DNA of 63,581 nucleotides, filler included, from Guillardia theta CCMP2712 (lineage: Eukaryota; Protista; Cryptophyta): the NCBI RefSeq assembly GCF_000315625.1. It is 8 parts of 8 records of this genome, joined end to end, with 100 filler letters (N's around TTAATTAATTAA, not from the genome) between each part and the next. Parts side by side here need not be neighbours in the genome. Positions count along the whole stretch, not along the records: positions 1 to 19,267 come from NW_005434343.1; 7 more parts are not named here. One strand, 5' to 3'. Position 1 is the first letter of the stretch; each line of letters begins with the position of its first letter. Of the stretch, positions 1 through 12,900 are shown one piece after another. The translations under genes and the position numbers were made by a program. The notes beneath the pieces are model-generated. The model searched no databases. It saw only the letters and a list, made by a program, of their open reading frames with translations, and was not told where the DNA came from.

Positions 1-7
1 CCTCCTC

Positions 8-9
8 AC

Positions 10-104
<95 letters not shown>
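8..104. repeat. (CAT)n microsatellite
   Basis: About 30 perfect CAT units. Confidence 0.95.
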
Positions 105-574
105 GTCCCTCTGCCCCTCCACCTTCTTTGCCAGCTGACCGTGTCCTCTTCTAGCACGCATGGCTGCGGACGCACCGGGTGCGCTTGAAGCAGTACGAGC
201 CCCCAGCTGGCTCCTTGCAGAAGCCCGACGGCCCCGCGGCACGAGTTTTTCCCAGCTCGCTCGCCCGCCCGCATCCTCCCACGCCCAAGACCCGCAGCGT
301 CATGTCGAGGAAGCGAACGACCAAGACGAGGAGCGTGCTGCTGTCGGATGAGCCGCACGTAACGTCCCCTCCCTTGAAGGAGCGACGCCTGCCGCCGCTG
401 ACGGGAGAGGAAGAGGAGCTGGTGAGCGAGAGGAGGAGGCGACGAGGCGAGTGATCGCGCGCAGGTCCAGAGGCTGTCAGTGCCTAAGAGACGCTCCAAC
501 ATCGACATGGGCAATGTCGTGATGCTCGGGGGAAGAGGAGGAGGAGGAGGCAGCGGAGAACGTTTTCACTTGCT

Positions 575-1380
575 CTAGGACAAGGCCTGCTGCAGGCGAG
601 CTACCTTCTCCTTGTAAGTTTTCAGAGACTGTTGCGATGCCAGAAGCGCGTCTATGAGCTGTTCCTTGCTCATGCCTTGCAGCTCGCCTCTTGTAGCTCC
701 TGCTGCTGCCCCCAGCTCGACCTGGGCTCCCGTGTGCATCTCACACCAGAACGTCTGGGGAGGAAGAGGATCGCCTGCTGCTCGCACTCTCGCCGGCCCC
801 TTCACCTCGATGATCTTGGTGCGCAGATCCTGTGCCGTCGCCTCCCCGACCGGAACGAGACCTGCGCTGCCGTTAGCGAGCCAAGGCAAGAAAGGCTGCC
901 GCAGGTCGACCTTGCTTGGAGGAGAAGGAGGGAGGAGAGACGGACGCGAGGGAGGAGGCGAGGTTGACGGCCTGTGAGGACGTCTGGATGTTCTGCGGCG
1001 CATGATGCATCTCGCACCACCTGCGGCGTCACGCGTGAGAGAGCAGCACCTCCAACAGCTCTCGATGAGGTACAAGAGGACGATGATGCAAGACAAGACA
1101 GCAGGCGAGCATCTCACCAGTAAGTTTGAGGTATTGGGTCTTGCTTCACAGCAGGATAACTTTTGGAAGAGGAGGAGGAGGAGGAGAGAATATTCCTCAA
1201 TACATCAGGGGGTGATGAGGCGAAGGAAAGGAGAGACGGGAGGGCGTCAGCGATCATGCCCTTCAACTTCCACTGAGATGTCGAGGCTTCCTCATCCATC
1301 CGAGCGTTCTCGACTTCTTCTCTTCCTCTCCTTCCTTCAGCTGTCGCCATCATCGCCGCCATCGCCATCGTCATCGCCAT
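575..1380 (-). CDS. Hypothetical multi-exon protein with short C-terminal coiled coil (5' boundary uncertain)
   Basis: Last exon reads KVDLRQPFLPWLANG...MSKEQLIDALLASQQSLKTYKEKVARLQQALS*; upstream purine-run blocks look like introns. Confidence 0.4.
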
Positions 1381-2187
1381 CGCTCGTACCCACGACCTCG
1401 CCATCGCTTCTGGTCGGTCGGATACACCAAACTCCAACCCCACCCTACCCTCACATACCCATGAAAGTACCCACCCTTTGCACTCAACGACATTTTTAGC
1501 AAGGAGTCGTATGAGGCCCGGGGCCCGGCCGCCCGGCGGATCACTGACCGCCGGGCCGCGGCCGCGGGGCGGCGATCATGGCATCATGGCATGATGGGCG
1601 CCGGGCGATCAGCCTGTGAGCCTCAGCCGCTGTGTGCGGACTCAGGCCGGGCTGAGCCGAACGTCGACGGTCGGAGCTCAGCGTCGGTCAGTGTGACTGA
1701 CTCGACGGGTCAGTCGAAGACCCGGCAAACAGTCGGAGACCGCTGAAAGGCTTCGGACTGACCGTAGAACAGACAGTCACAGTCACAGTTCAAGGTTCGC
1801 CGCGCGTGGCTGCGTCCGACAGTGTCTGAACTCCTTTGACAGTGAACTCACTCATATCGACTCAGTGATCATCGGATTGTGCCGGCCCGGCCGGGCCGCA
1901 CGTACTGATCCCCGGAGGGCCCGCCTCAGTTACCTTTCAGTGTGTATCCGAAGATCCGTGATCTCTCCCCTCTTTATAACATGTACCCCTACCCCCTGAT
2001 GAAATGTGACCACCCCTCATCAGGATACCACCCTACTGTCATTCAACAAGCATGTCCCCTTGAAAAATGTACAAGAACCCCCCGATCCACTACCCCCTAC
2101 CCCTACACCATAATTTACACCCATACTTTGTCATCCATATAAAGGAAATCGAGGGGGGGTGGGTGGTGTCCCTCCCCCCTTTGTACA

Positions 2188-5100
2188 ATGCAGACGCTGC
2201 TCTTGTTGGCGGCGACAGGCATGGCAGCCGGGCTGATAGCTCGTCCCTCCTCCCTCTCCTCCTCCTCTCTCCCCTCCCCTTCTTTTCCCTCTTCATCCTC
2301 CTCCTACCTTTCTTCTGATCCTCTTCCTCCAAAGCTTCCTCGATCACTTCCAGCCTCTATCCTCCCCCACCTTGCCCAGTCCTGCTGTTCATCCTCGTCC
2401 TCAGCTTGGAAACCTTCATCCTCGTGTGATCCTTACAGTCGACCTCTCCACTGTTCATTTCAACCTTCTTCTCCTCCTGATTCTTCTCCCTCCTCAATCT
2501 TCTGCTCCCCTCCTCCTTCCTCGTCCCAATACCGAAGAAACCCTCCACCTCTCTCAATGTGCTTTTCTTTCCGGGATCATCAATCCCCCATCTTCAACTT
2601 CTGTCATCGAGCTCGACTTCCTCTCCTCTATCCATTCAAGAGGCGGCAGGCCACTGCTAACCCCTCATCATCTTCTTCATCGTCATCATCATCATCCCCT
2701 GCATCCTCCTCCTCCTCCTCCTCCTCGGCCAGCGAGCAAGGGCAGGTATCGACTTGTCATCTGCTTCTTTCATGTCCTCACGTTCTCATCCAGCAACACA
2801 AGAGTCTGCGGCAGTGGCGGGTGGAGGAGATCGTGCGCATTCTCAAGTTCTCGATTCCCGCCCTCTCCATCCCCCTAGCCGACCCCATCATGAGCTTTGT
2901 AGACGCTGTTTGTGTCGGGCAGTACGCGAGCACGCTAGAGCTTGCTGCAATCGGCCCGAACCTCGTCATCTTCAACTTCATCAACTTCACCTTCTCCTTC
3001 CTCGCCATAGCCACCACTCTCTCCATGTCCGCCGCTCTCGCCTCCCAGGACCGCAAGACAGCAGGGAGGATCGTCTCCTCTTCACTCCAGCTCGCGCTCC
3101 TGTCCGGTGTTGCCATCATCGCAGGTTCAATCTCTCCCCTGCTCACTTTCCCCTCTACCCTCCAGACCCTCACCCTCTCCGCCCTCTCCTCCTGCCTCTC
3201 CTCTCCTCTTTCTCTTGTTGATCACACCACAGGAGCAGTCGCGTTCTCCTTCCCTCTCCTGGCAGCCACCGGTGCTGTCCCTGAGCTCCTCCTGGTCGCG
3301 CAGAAGTACCTCCTCATCCGCATCTGGGCCTCTCCTGCTGTGCTCGCCACCATGGTGCTTCAGAGCGGCCTTCTGGCTCAGCGCGACTCCTTCACCTGCT
3401 TTCTCGCTGTTCTCCTCTCCGCCGCATCCAACATCGCAGGAGACATCTTTCTGATCCGCTTCCTCGGCCTCGGCCTCGAGGGAGCAGCATGGGCGACGCT
3501 GGCAGGGAACTACCTCGCCCTCCTCCTGCTAGTCCTGTTGGGCTACACGAGGGTGGGGCAGCGAATGAGGGGGACGGCAGTAGAGCGACTTGAGCTGTCC
3601 TTCCATCTGCCGCAGCGAAGTGAACTCTCCTCCCTATCCAAGGTGACGAGGAGAGGGAGGGAGGATGAAGGGAGGAGGGGAGGGGAGGGAGGGATGGGGA
3701 GGAGGATTGATGGCGAGGACGAGGACGAGGATGAGGTCGAGGAGGACGAGAGGACAAGGACGAAGAGGAGAAGGGGGCTGATTGCGGTACAGGCTTGTGG
3801 ACCTCTCTTCTTCGTCTCAGCCTGCAAGAACCTCTGCTACCTCATGCTTCAGTCGGTCGCCACCTCCTTCTCCACCACCACCTGCGCTGCCCACCAGGCG
3901 ATGTGGAGCGTCTGGACGATCCTCTCCTTCTGCCCCACCCCCCTTGAGCAGTGCGCGCAGGTGGGGAGAGGGGAGCAGAGCAGAGCAGAGCAGAGCAGAG
4001 CAGAGGACTGGCGAGGCGACGGGGGGGCAAGAGGAGGCTGTTGAGGGGAGAGAAGGGAGGAGAGGAGAAGGGGCGACGGTAGGGCAAAGGAGTAAAGGGC
4101 CAAGGGATGAGGAGGAGCTGGAGGAGGGGGGAGGATGGAAGGAGGAGGATACCCTGACTAGCAGCAGGTGATACTTCCAGCAAGGATTGCCGAGGATGCG
4201 GCAGCAGGAGAAGAGGAGAAGGAGAAGAGGAGCTGGCTCAGAGCTCGAGAGTTTGTCAAGTGCCTCCTCCTGGTTGGGTCTGCTCTCGGTCCTGCTGACT
4301 TTCAGCTGGGGATGTTCTGAAGAGGTTTCAGGTCTCTTACTAGGAACCATCACAACTATAGTGGTCCAGGTAGAAATCAACATCATCTCGATCTCAATCT
4401 CCATCATCATACCATGATGGTTTTGTTCTTCTTCACTTGCTATTTCTTCTTCCTCGTCGTTGATTTCCGTGTAGTTTCCCTCTCTTCTCACCAAAGATGC
4501 GACACTCTGGCCAATCATGTCCTCCTTCACGCCGTATATGGGGTGATGCCTATGCCTCCTCCCCCTCTCTCCTCTCCTCTTCTTGATCATTCACCTTCTT
4601 CGCAGCATTTCACTTCTTCTCGCCGGTGTCTGCATCTGTCTCGATGGCTCATTGCAGGCAGTCGGCGACCTCTCCTTCCTCTGGCGCTGCCAGGCAGATC
4701 TCTCCTCTCCTCTCCTCTCCTCTCCTCTCCTCTCCTCTCCTCTCCTCTCCTCTCCTCTTCTTTCCTCTCCTCTCCTCTCCTCTCCTCTCCTCTCCTCTCC
4801 TCTCCTCTCCTCTCCCCTNNNNNNNNNNNNNNNNNNNNNNNNNNNNNNNNNNNNNNNNNNNNNNNNNNNNNNNNNNNNNNNNNNNNNNNNNNNNNNNNNN
4901 NNNNNNNNNNNNNNNNNNCCTCTCCTCTCCTCTCCTCTCCCTCTCTTCCTCCTCCTCTTCTCTCTCATAGTCTTAGCAGGCTTTCAATGTTGTTTGTCTT
5001 TGGCTTTTCCTCCACCTCTTTGCGGGCAAGTCAGCTGGGATCATTGGGGTGAGGAGCTGAGAGCGAAGGAGGAGGAGGAGGAGGAGGAGGAGGAGGGGGT

Positions 5101-5375
5101 GGGGGTGGGGATGACCGTCAAGCTGCTGCAGGTGTGGTATGGTGTTGTCTTGTTCTTCGGCCTCCGTACCGCCCAAAATATGTGAGGGAGGAGGAGGAGG
5201 AGGAGGAGGAGGTGGTGGTGGTGGTGGTGGTGGTGGAAGCAGGACGAGGACGAGGACGAGGACGAGGAGGGAGGGGAGGGCACGAGCATTAATGTTTGTG
5301 TGCAGATGGCGAACGTTGAGGGCGGAAGGAATTCTTGGAGCGAAAAAAACGAGTTTGAAGAGTGTGAAATTTTAG
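2188..5375 (+). CDS. MATE (DinF/DTX-like) efflux transporter with low-complexity N-terminal extension, multi-exon
   Basis: FSIPALSIPLADPIMSFVDAVCVG..LELAAIGPN, YLLIRIWASPAVL, NIAGDIFLIRFLGLGLEGAAWAT, AAHQ motifs; microsatellite-filled introns; last splice AAT AT|gtgag...cag|A TGG gives stop at 5375. Confidence 0.85.
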
Positions 5376-5437
5376 AAAACAAACTGGAAGAAACAGTTCC
5401 TCCTGCTCTTTCTGCCTCGTCCTCCTCCTCCTTGCTC

Positions 5438-7126
5438 TCAGAAGGGCTTGAACTGCCTCCTCGTCTTCCTGCTCAAGGCGTCAGCGTCGCTCGCGTCAGC
5501 GTCTCCTCACATGGCCTCTACGCGCTTCTTGTCGGCCTCGAACTTGTTCCTCAGAGCTGTAGGACGTCAGAGAGGAAGAGAGCCAAGGGAGCAAGAGGGG
5601 GGAGGGGGGACGAGGAGAGGGAGAAGGAGGGGGGGGGGGGGGTCAAGCGTGGGCGACTTACCCACTAGCTGCTCGCGTCTTTTTCTCGCGGATCTGAAAC
5701 CTGACAGGAAAGGGGAGACGAAGAAAAGGAGGAAAAACTTAAGGGCTACCTGTACAAATCTTGAAGCTCTTTTGCCTTTTTGGGAAGAGGGGCTGAAAGT
5801 TTTTCTTACAGTGGAAAGTGAAAAAAACAGGGGGAGAACCCAGGACGAAAGGATAAGACACTGGTAGGACAAGAAACGAAGGGCGGGGGGGGGGGGTGGT
5901 CTCTGGTGGGAGGGTGAGAAAGTGATTAAGGGACCAATATTGGACTGCAATGACCTCGCTGGGTAGCACCCTGTCTACACTTGATATGCGTCGACTTCGA
6001 CGCAGCGTCACCGTTTGTCCGAGAGGTGATTCTTAGTGTGTCTCGGATCAGTTGCCNNNNNNNNNNNNNNNNNNNNNNNNNNNNNNNNNNNNNNNNNNNN
6101 NNNNNNNNNNNNNNNNNNNNNNNNNNNNNNNNNNNNNNNNNNNNNNNNNNNNNNNNCCAAGAATCCATTCATCTCCTCCTCTCTCCCCTCCCCCCTGCTC
6201 CCCTCCCCTCCCCTTCCCTTCCCTTCTCTTCTCACTTCGGTCCTGCTATCGAAGGCTGCCATACACGCGTCTACATGCGCCTGAAGTGAATCTTCCGCCA
6301 TGTTCTTGGACCTGCAAAGCTCTCAGTCTCCCTCCCCCTCCCCCTTATCACCATCATCTCATTCATCATCATTTCAATCATCATCACGTTCATAATCATA
6401 ATCATCATTCATCGTCATCCTCATCGTCATCGTCATCCTCATCATCACCACGACCACCACCAGCAGCTCCTCTACCACCTGTGGTCGTGCATCCAGGCCT
6501 TCAGCCCTGTCTTGCCTGTCTCGTCCTCTTCCTCCAGTCTCAGGGGACTGCAAGACTTGAGCACAGCCTCGCATGCTGATCGCTGCTTGAACACCACATG
6601 AGCGGTGCCACCCCCCGCGGCCTCGCTCCTCCTGTCTCGTCCTCTGAACAGCTTCTTCTTCTTGTCACTGCTGGCAGGGTCACCTTTCATATTCCTCCCT
6701 CTCCGTTCTCCACAGTTTTCATCCTCTCCCTCCTTCTTCTGTTCTCCCGCCTCTTCTCTCCTCTCCTCCTCAGACATATTGAGCTCGGTGCTCCTCCCCT
6801 TTCCCTCACACCTCTGGTGTTGTCCTTCTCCTCTCATCTCTCCCCATCTTCCTTCTCCTCCCATCTCTTCCCATCTTCCTCTCTCACCTGGTTGTGATGG
6901 CCTCAACGCTCCCGAACTGCTCGAAGACTGACCTGAGCTCCTCCTCCTCCATCGTTGCGTTCGCTACGAACAGAGTCCGGTCACCCGGCAGCGCCTCCTC
7001 TCCCGCCTTCTTGGACCGATGAAGTTTCACGTAGAGCACTTGCAAGAATGGGAGAAGTCGGTGGTGAACCTTCATAACGTGGAACCCATTGCATTTCAGT
7101 GCTGCCTGCTGTTTCTTCATCACCAT
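5438..7126 (-). CDS. RRP7: Ribosomal RNA-processing protein 7 homolog, multi-exon
   Basis: N-terminal RTLFVAN..FEQFGSVE RRM-like segment, LQAHVDACMAAFD, and spliced C-terminus LYR|FQIREKRREQL..LRNKFEADKKRVEAM..RRQFKPF* matching the Rrp7 C-terminal signature. Confidence 0.85.
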
Positions 7127-7173
7127 TCAAGAAAGCAGTTCAGAGATCAGATGCTGCTAGAGCTCTTGTACAA

Positions 7174-7228
<55 letters not shown>

Positions 7229-7312
7229 TTGTTCTTGCTCTTGCTCTTGCTCTTGCTCTTCCTCTTCCTCTTCTTCACTGCACGTGCATTCCTTTCAAAC
7301 AGCCGAAGGGGT

Positions 7313-7440
7313 CGAAGTTTAGAAGTTCAGGAGTTTAGAAGTTTAGAAGTTCAGGGGTTTGAAAGTTTAGAAGTTTACATACTTTGAGAGGTTTGAAAAT
7401 TCGACGAAGGTCCATGAAAGTTTGGAAGTTTGGAAAGTTC
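7313..7440. repeat. Degenerate short tandem repeats (GAAGTTTA/GAAGTTCA)
   Basis: Repeated gaagttta/gaagttca units upstream of RRP7. Confidence 0.6.
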
Positions 7441-9110
7441 GCAAAGATGAGGTTGATCTTTATGAAAAGACTCGATTTCAAAATTGACAGGAAAGATGGG
7501 TCTGAGAATCTTCAAAACTATACTATTCGAGAAATACAAATATATACATCACAGAAATTCAGTCAAACCACTCTCTTTCAAGGACATGGGGTAACAAGAT
7601 CAATCAAAATAAGTTTTTATTCTATAAATAACTCCTTTTTCTCCTTTAAAAAAATGTTTACTTTAAAAGATTATTTCAAACCCTCCCCTCCCCGATAGAG
7701 TCGTGGGGTCGGGGGCCATGGTATGTCGACGGAAAAAGTTTAGTAACTTATATTACATATAACCCTAAAACAGTATTGACATGGACAAAGAGTACTCAGT
7801 GAGACTAATATGTATTTGTACAAATGTCTCTGTACATCTGCCCTTATCTTCCCCTATTTTAATATCATTGTAGAAGTGAAAAATCTACATTCTAAAAACA
7901 CTAAATTAGTTTTAGATACCCCTTGTCCCTCCAGCCCCCTACAGAGCCCCTTCCATCCCCCACCCACCAGGCAGAGGTCTGCGCTTAGATGGACCCTTCC
8001 AAAACTACTATCAATCTCTACCCACCCTACCCTTTCTCGATATTTATTTCCAGGAAATTGACGGTGGTCAAGTACCCCTACCCCTGAAATTGATCTCGAT
8101 CTGCCCCCGAACCCTCCAAATCTCTCAGCGGTTCCGGGCCTGCGAAACCTCTGAGGAGATTAAAACTTGCTTTTGAGGAAATTAGTCAATAATTTCCCTA
8201 TACATAATATATTATATTTAAGAATTCTGAGCTACTGGCCTCTACAAGATACGTCTAAAATTGTTTTTCAAAAATTATTTAAGTTACTCGGTACTAAAAC
8301 CAGTCATCTTTCCTTCAAGCGTTGAGCTCACAGGGCTCTTCTGGCATATATTCCTTTAAAATAAGTCAAAATTGTTTTATTAATATATATATTTTTGTTT
8401 TAATAAGGTTTTACGCCCCCCTGGCTACTAAATCTTCACCCCTCCCCTGCAAATTTTGCCCCTACCCCACCATTCCCTTCAGTGGGATATTATCATCATT
8501 TTTCCTCGACTGTACCCCTCTGTAAGTAGGTTTTTCTACCGGTTTATCGACAACCATTGGTACCCTCACCCCCCTTTTAATCCACCGCACCCACATTTGT
8601 GCATTTAATTGATGACCCCCCCAGAGGTCTTTTAAATGAATAAGGAAATGGCGTAGAGATCAGAGGGAGCAGGAAGGGAGTCCTGTGAGGAGAGCAGAGA
8701 AGGAGTAGAGGAGAGGAAGAGGAGGAAGATATGGTATGACGAGAGTTGTTGAGACCTCGAGGACAGCTGGAGGACACAAGGAGGAGAGCATGAGATACGA
8801 GGAAAGGAACGGGAGAGCAGATACAGGCTGTGCCAGGCAAGCTTTCAGGGAGGATGCCGTGGGATTAGGAGACAGATGTGTAAGACACGAGGAACGCGTT
8901 CTTGGATGCCGTAGAACTCTAGAAGAACGAGTATGGTGGATGGCTGCGGTGCAATCGTAAGGGAAGGGAGGCTTGTTTCGTTGCCTTGGAATTTTGTTTG
9001 GTCTCTTTCTCTAGCCTGTGGCCTGACCATGCCCCTTGCAGGTTGTTTGACCAGAGAAGAATCGAAGTGACCCTGGAGGACGTGGACCAGCATCAAGAGG
9101 AGCAGACTGG

Positions 9111-9743
9111 ATGATGACGTTGTCGGATGCGTACCCGGCAGGAGAAGACCCCGATCTCTCGTCCTGTGTGGACAAGTTGGAGCATGGGAAGCTCAAAGAC
9201 TGTGAGCATGCGAACAGGAGCAAGCCCTACTCGGGCAGCCCGCAGAGCTGGCATGTCATGCTGGCGAACCTGATCGTGTGTCTGAGGCAGTACCTGTCGA
9301 ACCAGGAGCGCGACACCTTCGACCGCGTACATGCGGCGGCGCACAGGCGGGAGGTGCCGACGGTTCAGTTCTTTTCCTTCACGCTGGAGCTGCTGCGTCG
9401 TCAGGCCCCCCACCTGGAGGACGAGTTCCGCGAGATCTTCCGGCTCCGAAACGCGTCGAGGAGGAGGGCCCAGCAGAAGTGCTCGGGAGGTTTGAGGAGC
9501 GTCAAGTCCGAGCCCGCGCTGGATACGCTGCCTACACAAGGGAGGAGGAGCGTGCCTCCGAACAGCCGCTCGTGCGAGGACGTGAACGAGGCGATCTGGC
9601 GCTTCCAGGGCCTGTCGTTTGATCAGGAAGGGAGCCAGACGCTGCTGTGCAAGCGGCAGGGAGAGGACGTGAGCCAGGACGATCTGGTGAGGCGAAAGAC
9701 GGGGATGATCGTCGATCAAGAGCATGTCATGCGCTCGATCTGA
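9111..9743 (+). CDS. Hypothetical protein (210 aa; upstream exons possible)
   Basis: Clean GC3-rich ORF with a helical-looking core (VMLANLIVCLRQYLSNQERDTFDRVH...). Confidence 0.55.
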   Translation: MMTLSDAYPAGEDPDLSSCVDKLEHGKLKDCEHANRSKPYSGSPQSWHVMLANLIVCLRQYLSNQERDTFDRVHAAAHRREVPTVQFFSFTLELLRRQAPHLEDEFREIFRLRNASRRRAQQKCSGGLRSVKSEPALDTLPTQGRRSVPPNSRSCEDVNEAIWRFQGLSFDQEGSQTLLCKRQGEDVSQDDLVRRKTGMIVDQEHVMRSI

Positions 9744-9947
9744 TGTACATTGAGATTGTAAATGTAAAGGAGGAAGCGAGAGATTCTTTTTGTGGATTAT
9801 TCGTACTAATGATCTAACTTTCACTATGTGCCATTAAAACTCGATGAAGATGTACCCTCTCCCTCCCCTTCCTCTCCTCTGCTCTCCCTCCTTCATCTCG
9901 TCCTTCAGTCTTCCCCTTCTCGTCAAGTCTTCATCGCCCCGTCCTCG

Positions 9948-12900
9948 TTACATCCCCTGCATCATCTCCTGTCCTCCCAGCGTCACACTCCTCACCGTCC
10001 CCTCGGGGGTTCGCAGCAGGATGGGGACGCCACGCGCGAGGTCGGCGAAGAGGCGGGTGATGCTGCTGAGGCGAAGCCCGGCCACGTCCTGACGCTGCAC
10101 GGAGAGGATCTGAGAGCCGACGAGGAGGCCATGCTGGTCTGCGAGGCCGCCAGGCTTGACGGCCCTAACCGTGACTCTCCTCTCCTTGTCCTGATGCAGC
10201 AGCATCCCAACCTCCACCAGCTCAGGCCGCTGCTGGGCCGCTACTGGGGGCAGGGCGGAGCTTGTGGGCACCGATGGCGGGTACTGCAAACAAGGTCAAT
10301 CGGAGAGAGGGAGAGGAGAGGAGGGGGGCGAGGGAGAGGGGGAAGCGAGGGAGGAGTCACCTTGATAGCCGTCAAGACGACACTGTAAGGCTCTTTGTTG
10401 CTGTTCAGCAGCTTCACGACGAGAGTTCTCCCCTCCTCCCCCTCCAGCATTCGCGTCACTTCCTCCATCCTCGACCCCTCCACCTCCACGTCATCCACAG
10501 CGAGGATCGAGTCCCCAGGGCGCACGAACCCGCACTTGGCTGCAGGGCCCCCGGGCACGAGGCTGTGGACCAGAAGCGCGTCAGCCTCCCTCGCAGGGAT
10601 GATCCCCAAGCCGCAGGAGGCGTCGGTGAAGCCGATGTAACGGTCGCAGCTCTCGACGGACTGGAAGGAGAGCGGAGGAGCGCGGCTCTCGTCCGGCATC
10701 GAGAGGTCCATGGACCAGGAGGAGGAGGAGGCGACGGGCTCGCGCGTGAGACCAACAGAGAACCGACGCACGTGCATCCCAGCCTCCCGTCGCAGCTCGA
10801 GGAACACGACAGACCCAGCTGGCCCTGCAATCATTTGCTTCACCGCAAAGAGCTCCTGCTCCGTCACGTCCTGCCCGTCAACGGCCAGCAGCTCGTCGTT
10901 GAGCTGGATCATCTGACTGCGATCGGCGCTGCTGCCTGCCTTGATTCCTCGCACGATCTTCTTGTTGGTGGGGAAGAAGGACGGAGCCATCTCGAGTTTA
11001 AGGCCGACTGTCCCAGGGCCTCGCTCCATCCCCAAGCCTCGAGGGCCCTGCGAGAGTACCATCTTGTTGCTCCTCGTGTTCATCGCCACCACCTCCTCCA
11101 CTCTCCTCCCGTCCCAGCTGCTCATCGACGTCCCGCCTCCGCCGTTGACCGAGTTATGGATGGGGTTGTGCAGGGGAGGGGAGAGGCGGAGGATGCCTTG
11201 GGGCTGGGGTGACGCCTCCTCTCCTCTAGCCTGCTGAGCAACTGGAGGAGCTTCCGTTGAAGCTTCTTCTTCCTGGGTTGGACCAACAGCCGCCGAGGTC
11301 TTGGTTGCCGTTTCCTCTCTGCCCGGGGTCAAGGCGGTTTGGGTGCCTCCAGCTCGTTTGGGATCCTCAGCTGTCGCTTCACTTCTCGCCAGCTCTGACG
11401 CCTCTTCCGAGGCTGAGTGAGCTGGTCTGCTGCTTGACGAGTAGGTGGTAGGGGCACAGTCGCTCTCAGGCTCCTTCCTATGGGAAGACGACAACAACTC
11501 CGTCGGCGTCCTCCAGTCTCCCCTGCGACTGGCTGGCAGGGCCCATGCAGGAGGGTTGTAACCCCTTGGCGAGTAGGAACTTGGGGTGAGCCCGTAGCTT
11601 GAAGGTGAGAGTCGGAGGGAGGAGGTGCGAGCAGCAAGGGACCAGTAGCTCTGTGACCTGTAGTCCGCCGGACGAGGCGCTGACTGCCACAAGTCTTGTG
11701 AGGCTGGTCGCATCTGCCGGTCATGCATGCTGTAAGCCGAGGCATAGCTGGGCACCGAGCTGAGGTTCTGCTGCTGAGGAGATCTCAAGGTTGACAAGCC
11801 AGGGGGGTCCTTGTACAGGGAGCCAGACGTGTAGAGGGAGCTGGACGGGACCTTGAAGAGGGAGCTAGACGGGTCCTTGAAGAGATTGTTAGACGGGTCC
11901 TTGTTCATAGAGCCAGGCGTGTAGAGGGAGCTAGACGGGTCCTTGAAGAGGGAGCTAGACGGGTCCTTGTGCAGGGAGCCAGGCGTGTAGAGGGAGCTAG
12001 ACTGGACCTGGTAGAGGGAGCTAGACGGGTCCTTGTACAGGGAGCTAGACGGGTCCTTGAAGAGATTGTTAGACGGGTCCTTGTACAGGGAGCCAGGCGT
12101 GTAGAGGGAGCTAGACGGGTCCTTGAAGAGGGAGCTAGACGGGTCCTTGTTCATAGAGCCAGGCGGGTCCTTGAAGAGGGAGCTAGACGGGTCCTTGAAG
12201 AGGGAGCTAGACGGGTCCTTGTTCATGGAGCCAGGCGTGTAGAGGGAGCTAGACGGGTCCTTGAAGAGGGAGCCAGGCGGCAAGGAGAAGGCGAGGGCGG
12301 GTGGCTCGGGGTAGACGAGCTCAGCGGTGACAAGCGGGATCTGAGCGTCTCTCGACATGTCCTGCTCGTGCGGCGACTTCACCGCAGACCCTCGAAGCCC
12401 GTCGGAGAGGGGGGGGCTCGTACGCTGAGATGAGTCGGAGGGGGTGAGGGAGCCCAGGCGTCGAGGGCTCAGGGTCGGGTCGGGCGAGGTGACGTGCTTG
12501 TACCCTGACATCTTGTCCAGCATGCGCTTGCCATTCAGCCTGCCAATCGGCGTCAGCCACTCAGTCACTCGCTCGACCTCCTCCATGGCTCACAGGAGCT
12601 GCTTCTGCGTAGAGAGGTGGCCCAGGTGCGTCTTGGTCAGCAGCTGGCATCGCATCTCCAAGGCGGGAGGCTGTGCGGGCTGTTGCACCTGCCGGTACTC
12701 GACATGATAGCATTCCTCGTACATGTCCACCAGCGTCCCGCTCAGCGGCCACTCATCGCGGAAGGAGCCTTGGAACCAGGACCCGTCGGCCCACGTGAAC
12801 ACTCCGCTGCCGTTGCGCTGGTCGCACGACCATTCCCCGAGGTACCTGCTCCCGTTGAGCCACTTGAACATGCCCTCCCCTGCCCGCATGTCTTGCTGCC

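Noticed and set aside
12584-12593. In-frame TGA between the MORN and PDZ ORFs suggesting readthrough or selenocysteine
   Set aside because: The TGA is part of a GTGAGC splice donor; a canonical intron with a CTGAC branch point removes it in frame.
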